This document shows positions 1 through 12,400 of a DNA stretch of 64,000 nucleotides, in pieces; position 1 is the first letter of the stretch; every line of letters starts with the position of its first letter. Source of the stretch: Anaeramoeba ignava BMAN (Eukaryota; Protista; Anaeramoebae); contig JAPDFW010000071.1 in NCBI GenBank assembly GCA_028826165.1, positions 124,001 to 188,000 on the forward strand. The letters are read 5' to 3'. The notes beneath the pieces are model-generated. The model worked only from the letters and a program-made list of their open reading frames with translations. It was not told the origin of the DNA and searched no databases. Both the position numbers and the translations under genes were made by a program.

Positions 1-1149
1 GAATTTGATTTAAATATATTTTGACTTTGATTTTGATTTTGATTTTGATTTTGATTTTGATTTTGATTTTGACTTTGATTTTGATTTTGATTTTGATTTT
101 GATTTTGATTTTGATTTTGATTTTGATTTTGATTTGAATTAATTGGTGATTTTGAAAAAGATTTTTGAGAATTTGATTTAATTGGTGATTTATTGAATCT
201 ATTTTGATTCGAATTAATTGGTGATTTATTTGATTTTGAAAAAGATTGTTGAGAATTTGATTTAAATATATTTTGACTTTTATTTTGATTTTGATTTTGA
301 TTTTGATTTTGATTTTGATTTGAATTAATTGGTGATTTTGAAAAAGATTGTTTGAGAATTTGATTTAATTGGTGATTTATTGGATCTATTTTGATTTGAA
401 TTAATTGGTGATTTTGAAAAAGATTTTTGAGAATTTGATTTAATTGGTGAATTGAATCTATGATTTTGATTTTTGAAAAAAATTGATTTGATTTTGATTT
501 GGATTTAATTGGTGACTTATTGAATCTGATATTGATTTTGATTTTGATTTTGATTTGGATTTTGATTTTGATTTTGGTTTTGGTTTTGATTTGGATTTGA
601 ATTTGATTTAATTGGTGATTTTGATTTAAATATATTTTGATTTTGATTTTGATTTTGATTTTGATTTTGATTTTGATTTTGATTTGGTGATTTGTTCCAA
701 TAATTTCTTTCTTGATAATTCCCAAAATTTTTCTTTGATGAATCTTGATTAAAATTATGAGAAAACGAAGGTTTATTAAATTGACTTGTAATTCGCTTTT
801 TTAAATTATCACTTGTTGTTTTTGCATTTGTATCTCTATTAAGAACAACACGACCTTTTGAAACTGAGAATTTACGGTTTGGAGAAGAAGATTTATATTC
901 TGGTTCTTTTCTTTGTTGAGGAAAATTATGAAGATTTTTTTCTTGAATTTGAAAATTTTTTTTATTAGAATTATTTGAATTTTTTAAATTATTTCCAAAT
1001 TGATTTTTTGGAGATTTTTTTTCAAATTGTTTTGAAGAAGAAAAATGATTGGAATTTTTTGAAAAATTTGGAGATTTTTTATGTGTTATTGATTTTGAAT
1101 AAGATTTTTTAAGTTTATTAATTCTTTCTTTTTTTTCCAAAAGATTCAT
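1..1149 (-). CDS. Low-complexity QN/SP-rich protein of unknown function (3' end runs off the window)
   Basis: ATG at 1149 (MNLLEKKERINK...) follows an ATGA/TCAT-containing spacer. QN runs and SPIKSNS/SPINSN repeats continue past the stop at 517, implying a frameshift. Confidence 0.6.
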
Positions 1150-1295
1150 TTTAAATTTTTTAATTTTAATTTTTATATTTTTTTTTGTAAATAAAAAATA
1201 AAAAAAGAAAAAGAAGAAAAATGAAAATTTTTTTTTCATTTTTTTTTTCTCATTTTTTAATTATTTTTTTAATTATTTTTTTAATTATTTTTAAA
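1150..1295. promoter_or_regulatory. Putative bidirectional promoter with mirrored ATGA/TCAT Inr-like motifs
   Basis: A-tract with AAATGAAAA, then T-tract with TTTCATTTT twice, between divergent ATGs. Confidence 0.6.
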
Positions 1296-2897
1296 ATGAC
1301 AAAAATATATCAAAATTTTTCTCAACTCTCAAATGATTTAAATAAATTACTTAAAGAAGAACAAGAATATTCAGATTTTGAAATTATAGTGAATTCACCT
1401 GAAAATATTAAATCAATATTTAGATGTCATCGAGCAATATTATCATCAAGAACACAATATTTTCGCGGATTATTTCGCAGCAGAATGAAGGAATATCAAG
1501 AAGGAAAAGTAGAATTCGATAACATTTCACCTGAAATCATGTTGCAAATACTTCAGTTTATTTACAACGGAAAAATCGAAATCAATCAAGAAAATGCAAT
1601 TGAACTTCTTATTCATTCACAAAAATTATTACTATTTGATTTGGAGCTTTTTCACTATTTGGATCAATTTATCATGGACAACATTTCAGTCGAAAATGCG
1701 ATTGATATACTTAATATTTCTGTGCGCCACCACCGTACAGATCTATACCAGTTCTGCTTAGAATTTATAACAGAAAATTTTGATGAAATTCTTGATTGTG
1801 GATTTTTTTATCATCTCAAAATTACAGAATGGAACACTCTCTTGAAACGCCATGATCTCTGGGTTCAAAAGGAGATCAAGGTTTTTGAGTCTATTATTAA
1901 ATGGGCGCAATTCCACAACAATTTGACTTTTGATATCGATTGGCTTTCCGATCAAACAGACACTGAAAATGATGACAAAAAGGATGAAGTCGCAAGTAAA
2001 ATTGCAGAGAAAATGCGCGACTTGTTCCGCAACATCCGTTTCTGCGAAATGAACTCGGCAGAGATTGAGAAGATCTCGAAGATGCATTTATTGCCTTTTG
2101 ATCTTGAGCAAGATATCCAGAATTTCCACAAAATGTCACGAAATGAACAGAAAAAAATATTCATCAAAAAATACCGACAAAATCAATATCAGTATGAGAA
2201 ACAACCACAAGCACCACAACTGCAGCAATTGCAACAGAAGCTGCAGCAAGAATCACCGCAACAGCTTCTTGTGTTCCATCCCAGAATTGCATTCCGCAAG
2301 AGCAAGATCATTGCGAAGAAAAACAAGAAATTTGTTGAATTTTTAAGAAAATGGATAATTGATGATGAATTCTTTTTTTCCATGGATTTGGGCTATTCGG
2401 GAAGTCGTGACGGCTTTTCTGCAAAGGCTTTCCATGATGCGTGCGATGATAAGGGCAAATCACTTGTGCTGATCCAAACATTGGAAAACAATATTTTTGG
2501 GGGATACACTCAAGTCGGTTGGATGACCCAAAAGGAAAAATGGAATTCGATCCAAAAAAATTTGGATGGAAAGGATTTTGGTTGTATTGAAGACCCGGAT
2601 GCGTTTCTCTTTGCTCTTAAAAACCCCTATAATTATCCCCCTCAAAAGATGCATGTTAAGAAGGAGTTTAGTTCTTTTGCTATTGAGTATGATTTTGAAG
2701 GTGGTCCTTCTTTTGGAAAGGGTGTTAGGAATGATTTGTATATTAATAATGGTCTTAAAGGTGGTTATTCTTTTTTAGGGATTTGTTATGAAAAGCCTTC
2801 CGAGATTCAAAAGTTTTCGCATGATTTTCTTGCTGGTTCTCAGAATTTTCAGATACAAGAGATTGAGATTTATTTTTCTTTTCTTGATCATAAATGA
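1296..2897 (+). CDS. BTB/POZ-BACK-TLDc domain protein, intronless
   Basis: BTB: YSDFEIIV...HRAILSSRTQYFRGLFRSRMKE...FIYNG. BACK: C.EFITENFDE...EIKVFESIIKWA. TLDc: YSGSRDGFSAKAFHDACDDKGKSLVLIQT..NIFGGYT...AFLFAL...GPSFG...EIEIY. The true start is likely the Met at 1296. Confidence 0.92.
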   Translation: MTKIYQNFSQLSNDLNKLLKEEQEYSDFEIIVNSPENIKSIFRCHRAILSSRTQYFRGLFRSRMKEYQEGKVEFDNISPEIMLQILQFIYNGKIEINQENAIELLIHSQKLLLFDLELFHYLDQFIMDNISVENAIDILNISVRHHRTDLYQFCLEFITENFDEILDCGFFYHLKITEWNTLLKRHDLWVQKEIKVFESIIKWAQFHNNLTFDIDWLSDQTDTENDDKKDEVASKIAEKMRDLFRNIRFCEMNSAEIEKISKMHLLPFDLEQDIQNFHKMSRNEQKKIFIKKYRQNQYQYEKQPQAPQLQQLQQKLQQESPQQLLVFHPRIAFRKSKIIAKKNKKFVEFLRKWIIDDEFFFSMDLGYSGSRDGFSAKAFHDACDDKGKSLVLIQTLENNIFGGYTQVGWMTQKEKWNSIQKNLDGKDFGCIEDPDAFLFALKNPYNYPPQKMHVKKEFSSFAIEYDFEGGPSFGKGVRNDLYINNGLKGGYSFLGICYEKPSEIQKFSHDFLAGSQNFQIQEIEIYFSFLDHK

Positions 2898-2949
2898 TTT
2901 TTATTTTTATTTTTATTTCTAAAATGAAATAAAAAATAATTTGGATATT

Positions 2950-4435
2950 GATTTAAATATTTGATTTAAATATTAATTTAAATATTTGATTTAAATATTT
3001 AATTTAAATATTTTGGATTTAAATATTTGATTTAAATAATTGATTTAAATATTTGATTTAAATATTTGATTTAAATATTTGATTTAAATATTTGATTTAA
3101 ATTTATTTAATTTAAATATTTTGATTTAAATATATTGATTTAAAAATTTAATTTAAATAATTTGATTTAAAATATTTGATTTAAATATTTTGATTTAAAT
3201 ATTTGATTTAAATATTTGATTTAAATATTTGATTTAAATAATTGATTTAAATAAATTGATTTAAATATTTGATTTAAATATTTGATTTAAATAATTGATT
3301 TTAAAATATTTGATTTAAATATTGATTTAAATATTTGATTTAAATATTTGGATTTAAATATTTTGATTTTAAATATTTTGATTTAAATATTTGATTTAAT
3401 TATTAGATTTAAAATTGATTTAAATATTTGATTTAAATAATTGATTTAAATATTTGATTTAAAATATTTGATTTAAATAAATTGATTTAAATAATTGATT
3501 TAAAATATTTGGATTTAAATAATTGATTTAAATATTTGATTTAAATATTTGATTTAAAATATTTTGATTTAAATATTTGATTTAAATATTTGATTTTAAA
3601 TAATTGATTTAAATAGATAGTGATTTAAATATTTGATTTAAATATTTGATTTAAATATTTGATTTAAAAATAAATTGATTTAAATATTTGATTTAAATAT
3701 TTGATTTTAAATATTTGATTTAAATAATTGATTTAAATATTTGATTTAAATTTAAAAATATTTAAATTTAAATATTTGATTTTAAATATTTTGATTTAAA
3801 TATTTGATTTAAATATTTGATTTAAATATTGATTTAAATATTTTGATTTAAATATTTGATTTAAATAATTGATTTAAATATTTGATTTAAATATTTAATT
3901 TAAATATTTGATTTAAATATTTTTGATTTAAATATTTTTGATTTAAATATTGATTTAAATATTTGATTTAAATATTTGATTTAAATAATTGATTTAAATA
4001 TTTGATTTAAATATTTGATTTAAATATTTGATTTAAATAATTGATTTAAATAATTAATTTAAATATTTGATTTAAATATTTGATTTAAATATTTGATTTA
4101 AATAATTGATTTAAATATATTTGATTTTTTAATTTAAATTTGATTTAAATATTTTTGATTTAAATATTTGATTTAAATAATTGATTTAAATATTTGATTT
4201 GAATAATTGATTTAAATATTAGATTTAAATATTTAATTTAAATATTAGATTTAAATAATTGATTTAAATATTTGATTTAAATATTTGATTTAAATATTTG
4301 ATTTAAATATTTGATTTAAATAATTGATTTAAATATTTGATTTAAATATTTATGATTTAAATATTAGATTTAAATATTTGATTTAAATATTTGATTTAAA
4401 TAATTGATTTAAATAATTAATTTAAATAATTGATT
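2950..4435. repeat. Intergenic AT-rich minisatellite, ~13-bp unit (TTTGATTTAAATA)n
   Basis: Directly visible degenerate tandem array of about 1.5 kb. Confidence 0.95.
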
Positions 4436-4557
4436 TTTTGGTTTAGAATTAAAATTTGTGTTGTTTTTTTTTTAAATATATTTTTTTTCCTTTTTTTCAT
4501 TTTTTCATTTTTTTATTTTTTATTTTTAAAATTTTTTTTTGCTTTTTCAAAAAAAAA

Positions 4558-5844
4558 ATGAGAATAACACAAAAATTATTAGCAATTACACTTATACTAG
4601 TAGTAATCAAATGTAACTGGGAAGGATATCCACGAACATTTGCATCTGACGCAACAAGCGAATCACAATATGGAGTAAGTGTATCAGTAAGCGAAGGGAA
4701 CCTATTTGTAGGAGCACCAACACACAGTTTCGGAGCGAGCAAAACAGGAACAGGATATGTATATGAATTTGATTACGAAAACGGATGGGAATACAATACA
4801 TTAATTAGCGGCACTGGGGGAGACTACAGTGAATTTGGAAAGAGCGTATCAGTTTACTCAATAAATGCTTTTATAGGAGAACCTTATCGCACAGGGGGAG
4901 CAACAGAGAGCGGGATGGTTACTGCGTATTACAAGAGCGGAACCGCATGGTATCTTCGGCAAACTATTAATCCACCTTCAGCAATAGTTGGTGGAAATTT
5001 TGGATCTTCCGTTGGAATGTCAACTTCTTACGGCGTTGTTGGCGCTCCTGGAAATAATACAAACGGAAACCGCTCGGGTTCGGCTCAGGTCTATAAACTT
5101 TACGGCGCTTCTTGGATTTGGACTTCTTCCCTCATTGGAGATGACACGACCGTTGGTGATGAATTTGGTTCTGCAGTTGCTATTTTTGACCCTTATATCG
5201 CTGTTGGCGCTCCATACCATAATACAGTCGGTACTGCGAGTGGATACGTCTATATCTTTACTAGATCTGTGGAAGTTTGGTCGCAAACTGCAAAGCTCTC
5301 TCCCTCAAATTTAGCCGCGTTTGATAAATTTGGTTCATCTCTTTCTATGTACAATAACCTCCTCTTAATCGGCGCTCCAAATCATAATTCAAGTGCTTCC
5401 GCAGCGGGTTCTGCTTATCTTTTCACTCGCTCCGTTACTTGGTCTCAAACTTCGGAAATTGTTCCGAATTCTCTTTCTGCCGGATCTCGTTTTGGTTCTT
5501 CTGTCTCAATTTCTGGCAACTTTCTCGTTATTGGCGCTCCTGGTTTTTCTGATTATGCTTCTTCTTCAGGTGCTGCGTTTTTGTTTGAATACAGATCTTC
5601 TAATTGGCAACTCGCCCAAACTCTTCTTCCTCATACTTATACAAGTTTCCTTTATTTTGGTAGTTCAGTTTCTCTTGATGGTGGTCAAGTTGTTGTAGGT
5701 TGTTTTGGTGACCCTAGTAATGGTACTCAAGCTGGTTCTATTTATACTTGGAATTATGTTTTCCAATTCCCTCAACTCGGTTATTCTAATCATCTTTATT
5801 TCTCTTTTGTTCTTTTCTTTCTTTTATTTTTTACTTTTTTTTAA
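4558..5844 (+). CDS. FG-GAP repeat (integrin-alpha-like beta-propeller) surface protein
   Basis: About seven repeats of FG.SV(S/A)....l.vGAP......G.(A/V)Y.F. N-terminal signal peptide MRITQKLLAITLILVVIKC. Hydrophobic C-terminus LYFSFVLFFLLFFTFF with no cytoplasmic tail. Confidence 0.9.
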   Translation: MRITQKLLAITLILVVIKCNWEGYPRTFASDATSESQYGVSVSVSEGNLFVGAPTHSFGASKTGTGYVYEFDYENGWEYNTLISGTGGDYSEFGKSVSVYSINAFIGEPYRTGGATESGMVTAYYKSGTAWYLRQTINPPSAIVGGNFGSSVGMSTSYGVVGAPGNNTNGNRSGSAQVYKLYGASWIWTSSLIGDDTTVGDEFGSAVAIFDPYIAVGAPYHNTVGTASGYVYIFTRSVEVWSQTAKLSPSNLAAFDKFGSSLSMYNNLLLIGAPNHNSSASAAGSAYLFTRSVTWSQTSEIVPNSLSAGSRFGSSVSISGNFLVIGAPGFSDYASSSGAAFLFEYRSSNWQLAQTLLPHTYTSFLYFGSSVSLDGGQVVVGCFGDPSNGTQAGSIYTWNYVFQFPQLGYSNHLYFSFVLFFLLFFTFF

Positions 5845-5859
5845 TTTGATTTTTTTTTT

Positions 5860-6460
5860 TTGGAACCAAATTCAAATTCAAATCCAAAATTTAATTAAAA
5901 TTTAATTCAAATCCAAAATTAAATTAAAATCTAATTCAAATCCAAATCAAAAATTTAATTCAAATTCAAATTCAAATTCAAATTCAAAATTTAATTAAAA
6001 TTTAATTAAAATCTAATTCAAATCCAAAATTAAATCAAAATTTAATTCAAATCCAAATCAAAATTAAATTAAAATCCAAATCAAAAATTAAATCAAAAAA
6101 AAGTGGAATAAAAAATTTTTTACTTTTTGTTTTTGTTTTTATTTTTGATTCAAAAAAAAATTGAAATAAAATTGTTTTCTTTTTTGATTTTGATTTTGAT
6201 TTTGATTTTGTTTTTGATTTTGTTTTTGATTTCTTTTTTGATTTTGTTTTTGATTTTGATTTTGATTTTGATTTTGATTTTGATTTTGATTTTGTTTTGA
6301 TTTTGATTTTGATTTTGTTTTTGATTTCTTTTTTGATTTTGATTTTGATTTTGATTTCTTTTTTGATTTTGTTTTTGATTTTAATTTTGATTTTGATTTT
6401 GATTTTTGATTTTGATTTTGTTTTTGATTTTTATTTCGTTTTCGTTTTCGTTTTTGTTTT
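5860..6460. repeat. Convergent intergenic microsatellites (AAATTC/AAATCC, then TTTTGA)
   Basis: Visible hexamer arrays between two 3' ends. Confidence 0.8.
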
Positions 6461-6471
6461 CGTTTTCGTTT

Positions 6472-9400
6472 TTAAATCTTCTTCAAACAACTCTCAAAAT
6501 ACTTATAAGCTTCAACACAATTCTTATTGTAAATCTCAGGAGGAAAATACTCTTGAATATCTTCAGAAAGAGCTTCCTCTTCCTTAATCTGAACAAAAAT
6601 TATCAAAGCTTGTTTCAAGCTTTTATCTGGCAAAATATTATTATCATCAATCTCTTTAATAAATTCATACCAAAATTTAAGCAAATGAGTCGACTTGAAT
6701 TTCGCACAACAATTCTCAATTTCCTTCTTTTGAACAGTGTTTAATCCACTTTTGAATTTTTCTGGAGCTTTATCAATAGGACTTAATGATAACTCCTTTA
6801 TTTTGTTCTTCAAAAAATCAATATGTTTCAATTTAGGATATATTTTGAAATGCGGACATTCCACAAAAACATCTTCAAATTGACTATTCTTCAAAACTCC
6901 ATTCAAAAAATCATAAATAGTCATTTCAAATATCATTTCTTTCTCGGTTTCTAAACTTTCTTTTTGCAAAGAAGCTGAAACATGATCAATTAGAATAGAC
7001 ACCATTTGAACACGTAATTTTTCTTCTAATTCTTCTTGAACTACCTTCCATTCCCTTTCAATCATCTCTTCTTGATGTATTTCAGCACGTTTCTCAACTT
7101 CTTCCATATCAGAATAAATAAAAGAAGGGATTTTTTCACTTAATTTTCCCACAGAAAACTTCAAGTCTAAAATAATCAATCTCGAAAATCTTTCAATCAA
7201 AATCAATGATCCTCTGTTAATAATTTGTTGATTCAAAAATTCTTCAAATTTTCTTTCATCAATTCCAAAAATGGGTATTTTCTCAATCCTTTCAAACGGG
7301 ATTGGCAATGAAATTTGATATTCTTTCAAATCAGATCCCAAATACTCTTCATTCCCGAAATTCTGTTTGTAAATATCCTCAATTTCGCTCAGTAATTTAT
7401 TGTTCAAAAAAATTGCATTTTCAACTTGAATTTTCACAAACAAATTTTCCTTCTCATTTCCAGGTAAACAATAACATATTTTTTTCTGTTCATCCAATTC
7501 AAATTTCTCCATCTCTTCAGATAAAAAGTTCTTTTGGATTAGCCATCGTGAATACTCCCAGTTTAAGTTCCAGAATTTCTGGAAATCGTTATAAACATCT
7601 TCCAAATTTTCTTTTTTAAATGTTTCTTTGTTTTCTCTGATAAAATCACCCAAGATCATTGATTTCGACTCTTCTTGACTAATTTTGCCGTTGAATTTTT
7701 GGATTAGCACACTTTCAAAAAGCAAAAACCTGCGGAACAAACGAAGAATCTTCAACTCATTCAGGTTTTTCATAATAAAATGTGTAAACGCAATTGTTTT
7801 TTGTGTCTGCATTTCTTGGAGTGAAAATATAAGGTTTGTCAACTTGAATATTCCTTTACTTTCGAAATGAAGAAACATCCAGTTTCTCTCTCGTAAATGC
7901 TTTTTGCAGATTCTGAGTAGATCTTGGTTTGTTACTGTAGAATTACGTATTTCATAAACCCATTTATCTTTTTTTTCTTTGATACAACTTGATATTTGAT
8001 TTTCAAATGAGTCGCGAATTTCTCTTTTTGCAAAATTGGCAAAAATGCTAAAATCGATCGAGAAGGAGTTATTTTTGTATCTCTTTTGGATCACTGATAC
8101 AACTCGATGGAAAAACAAGATCGCAAATTCAAAAGGAAGATCAAGCAATCGAGACAAAACCTTCAAATCCTTCTGGACATGTCTTAATAAAAACAAAAGC
8201 AGCTGGTCTTTTGAATTCATTTGGAAAAACATATTGTTTATATTCATATTGAATTTTTTGGTAAAATGTGTGCTTTGTGTGAAATGGATCATGAATGAAT
8301 GAATAAATAATCGAAGAAATCGAAATTCAATAGGATGTAAATTTCTCACTGTGAACATTGGATTGGTATTCGGGAATTCATGTGTGGAATACGAAATCGG
8401 ATATTCAATCAATTCCCTTTTTTTTGATTCATTAACAAAATTTGATTCGCAATAATGGCATTTTGAAGAATCTTCTTTGATTTGATTGTATGACAAATGG
8501 TTGTTTTCACAAATGCGCCATTGACTATTTTCGATTAGTTCCTTGGCGTTGTATATCTCAGAGGCTCCTGGCCAATAAATATTGAACACTTTTTCATTAC
8601 TTCTTGTTTTGCTCTCAGAAAGACATTCCGAAATTGTGAAAAATGGTTCAATTTTATGTTCTGTCTCAAAAATAACTGATGATGAATGCAAAACCATTTC
8701 ATAGATATCGATGTCTTTCACTGATTCTTTAATTGCCCGATATTCATTTACTGATTGATCGAAATATTCTGAATAGTTATCCTGGAGCTTTTCGGGAATC
8801 CCATCAATTAAATCATGTTCCCGATAATATTTGAACAATTCGCAATTATTTATGAATTTTTTCAATAATGGATTTTCTTTTGTCATTCTTTTGAATTTTT
8901 TGATTGCTGGGATTCTTAATAAATGGTTTTTCTTGATAATTTTCTTGATGTCTTTGAGTCCCTTTTTTTTGTAGGCATCTTCGAAAATGTAAGAAATCCA
9001 TGGATTTATATTTTTTTGGTTAATATCCCAATATTCATAAATTTGTGTAGGTTTTTGTTTGATTTCTTTTCTTTTTTCTGCAATTTGGATAATTTTTTGA
9101 ATTGTAATTGGAAGGTTTATTTGAAAGTTTTTTTCTTTTTCTAAATTATTTTCTTCTAATTTTTCTGTTTGAATAGGTTTATACTGAGACTCTTTTTGTA
9201 ATTTCTGATTATCCTTATTATCATTATCATTTTTTGATTTGTTTGTATTTTTATGTTTATGTTTTCTTTTTGGTTTTTCATCATCACTATCATTTTCATC
9301 ATTTTCATCATTATAATCATTATCATCATTATCATCATTTTCATCATTTTCATCATTATCTTTTTTTGATTTATTTTTATGTTTATGTTTATGTTTATGT

Positions 9401-12400
9401 TTATGTTTTCTTTTTGGTTTTTCATTTTCATTTTCATCATTATCATCATTTTCATTTTCATCATTATCTTTATTTGATTTATGTTTCTTTTTATGTTTTC
9501 TTTTTGGTTTTTCATTTTCATTTTCGTCATTTTCATCATTTTCATCATTTTCATCATTTTCATCATTTTCATCATTTTCATCATTATCATCATTTTCATC
9601 ATTTTCATCATTATCATCATTATATCTATTTATTTGATTTATTTTTATGTTTATGTTTCTTTTTATGTTTTCTTTTTGGTTTTTCATTTTCATTTTCATC
9701 ATTTTCATTATTTTCATCATTATCATCATTTTCATCATTATCATCATTTTCATCATTATCATCATTATCTTTTTTTGATTTATTTGATTTATTTTTATGT
9801 TTATGTTTCTTTTTATGTTTTCTTTTTGGTTTTTCATTTTCATTTTCATCATTTTCATCATTTTCATCATTATCATCATTATCATCATTTTCATCATTTT
9901 CATCATTATCATCATTATCATCATTATCATCATTTTCATCATTTTCATCGTTTTCATCATTATCTTTTTTTGATTTATGTTTGTGTCTATGTTTATGTTT
10001 ATGGTTTCTTTTTGATTTTTCATTTTCATCATTTTCATCATTTTCATCATTATCATCATTTTCATCGTTTTCATCATTTTCATTATCATCATTTTCATCA
10101 TTATCATCATTATCATCATTATTTGATTTATTTGATTTATGTTTCTTTTTATGTTTTCTTTTTGGTTTTTCATTTTCATTTTCATCATTTTCATCATTTT
10201 CATCATTTTCATCATTTTCATCATTATCATCATTATCATCATTATCATCATTTTCATCATTATCATCATTATCATCATTATCATCATTATCATATTCTCT
10301 TTATTTGATTTATTTGATTTATTTGATTTATTTGATTTATGTTTCTTTTTATGTTTTCTTTTTGGTTTATTATTATTATTATTATTTTCATCATTATTAT
10401 TTTCATTATTATCATCATTTTCATCATTTTCATCATTATCATCATTATCATCATTATTTGATTTATTTGATTTATGTTTTCTTTTTGGTTTTTCATTTTC
10501 ATTTTCATCATTATCATCATTTCTCATCATTATCATCATTATCATCATTATCATCATTATCATCATTCTCTTTATTTGTTTTATTTGATTTATTTGATTT
10601 ATTTGATTTATTTGATTTATTTGATTTATTTGATTTATGTTTCTTTTTATGTTTTCTTTTTGATTTATTATTATTATTATTTTCATCATTATTATTTTCA
10701 TTATTATCATCATTTTCATCATTTTCATCATTATCATCATTATCATCATTATTTGATTTATTTGATTTATGTTTCTTTTTATGTTTTTTTTGATTTATTT
10801 TCTTCATTTTTGATTTATTTGATTTATTTGATTTATGTTTCTTTTTATGTTTTCTTTTTGGTTTTTCATTTTCATTTTCATCATTTTCATCATTATCATC
10901 ATTATCATCATTATCATCATTATCATCATTATCATCATTATTTGATTTATTTGATTTATGTTTCTTTTTATGTTTTCTTTTTGGTTTATTATTATTATTA
11001 TCATTTTCATTATTATCATCATTATCATCATTTTCATCATTTGATTTATTTGATTTATTTGATTTATTTGATTTATTTGATTTATTTGATTTATTTGATT
11101 TATGTTTCTTTTTATGTTTTCTTTTTGGTTTATTATTATTATTATTATCATTTTCATCATTTTCATCATTTTCATATTCAAAAATTCCTTTCACACTCTT
11201 TAATTTTTCAATAAAAATTGGATTCTCTTCAAAAAACTTCAAACAGTATAAAGATATCCAATTCTTAGAATGATTATGAACAGAATCAATAGTTGAATCG
11301 CTTAAAAATTTATCTAATGATTTCACTAAACCTTTCAAAAAATTATCATCTTTTCCAACCAAAAACAAATTTTTTATAAATGAATTTAACAAGGGATGAT
11401 TGATATTATTCTCATTTGATTCTAAATTCAACAGAATCCTTTCTTCTTCCTTTTCAGTTATTAAATTTAGAAAATCAATAGCATTTTCAATAAAATCACA
11501 ATCTTTCTCTTTACTTAAAATAAATTTCCTTAAATTTGTTCTTTCAGCCACAATCTCTCCAATTTTTGGTAAAAAATAATATCGATAAAGCAATAATTTT
11601 CCGGAATTCCTCTTCATAAATCCTGGTTTTGTCATCTTTGAAAATAGACACAAAATGAGAACGAAGATTCACATATCTCCCACAAATTTTACAAGTTGCT
11701 GAATCTGAATTGAATTTCTTAATGTCTCTGATTTCTCCCTCTGAAATTATTCTGTTTTTAAACCTCGTTCGCCTCTTTTTGGAAGATTTTTGCTTCTTGT
11801 TATTAGGACAATAAAACATTTCAATTGGTGAGCAAAATATTTGCTTAAACTTCTCAAAATTCCCAAAATACTTGGTAGATTTATCTTTAAAAGGCTCCCA
11901 GATTTTCTCTTTGAATTCGTCCCAAAGTGGCATGATCTTTGTTCTTATAAACGAAATGCTTCCTTGGAATTCAACAATTTCTTTTGAAATTTTAAAATCA
12001 GAAATACCAAATTCAATATAAAGCGAAAGTAAATGGTATTCAATCAAAATTTGATGCCATTTGTTGATCCAATTCCTTCTTTTTTTAGTGCTATTATTTT
12101 CCTCAAGACAAGCGCGAAGAAAGGTTGGAAAGTTGGATGATAAGTGTTGAATCATCTGAGTAACTTGAACTTGTGTTTTCGAGGAATATTTCTTTTCTAA
12201 TTTCCCGAGAATTACCCCAAAGCACGCATCAAGAAAATTCAAAATGGAAAATTCGCTCTTTTTGAATGCATCTTTTGAACTTGGAAACAAAGTCACCATT
12301 TTATTCCATGTTGTTGTTATTGCTTGCACAATTTCTTCCACTGAATCGAAGTAGTTTTTGTGAATCTCAACCACAGAAAGACTTGCAAATTCTTGATGTG

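Noticed and set aside
2950-4435. CRISPR-like array
   Set aside because: There are no unique spacers or cas genes, and the context is eukaryotic.
9156-11214. Many overlapping ORFs (MMIMMK.., HHFHHY.., SSFSSL..), including the first ~370 aa of the 1425-aa ORF
   Set aside because: These are alternative-frame or antisense reads of the D/E/N coding repeat. Only the D/E/N-KPKRK frame joins the flanking protein.
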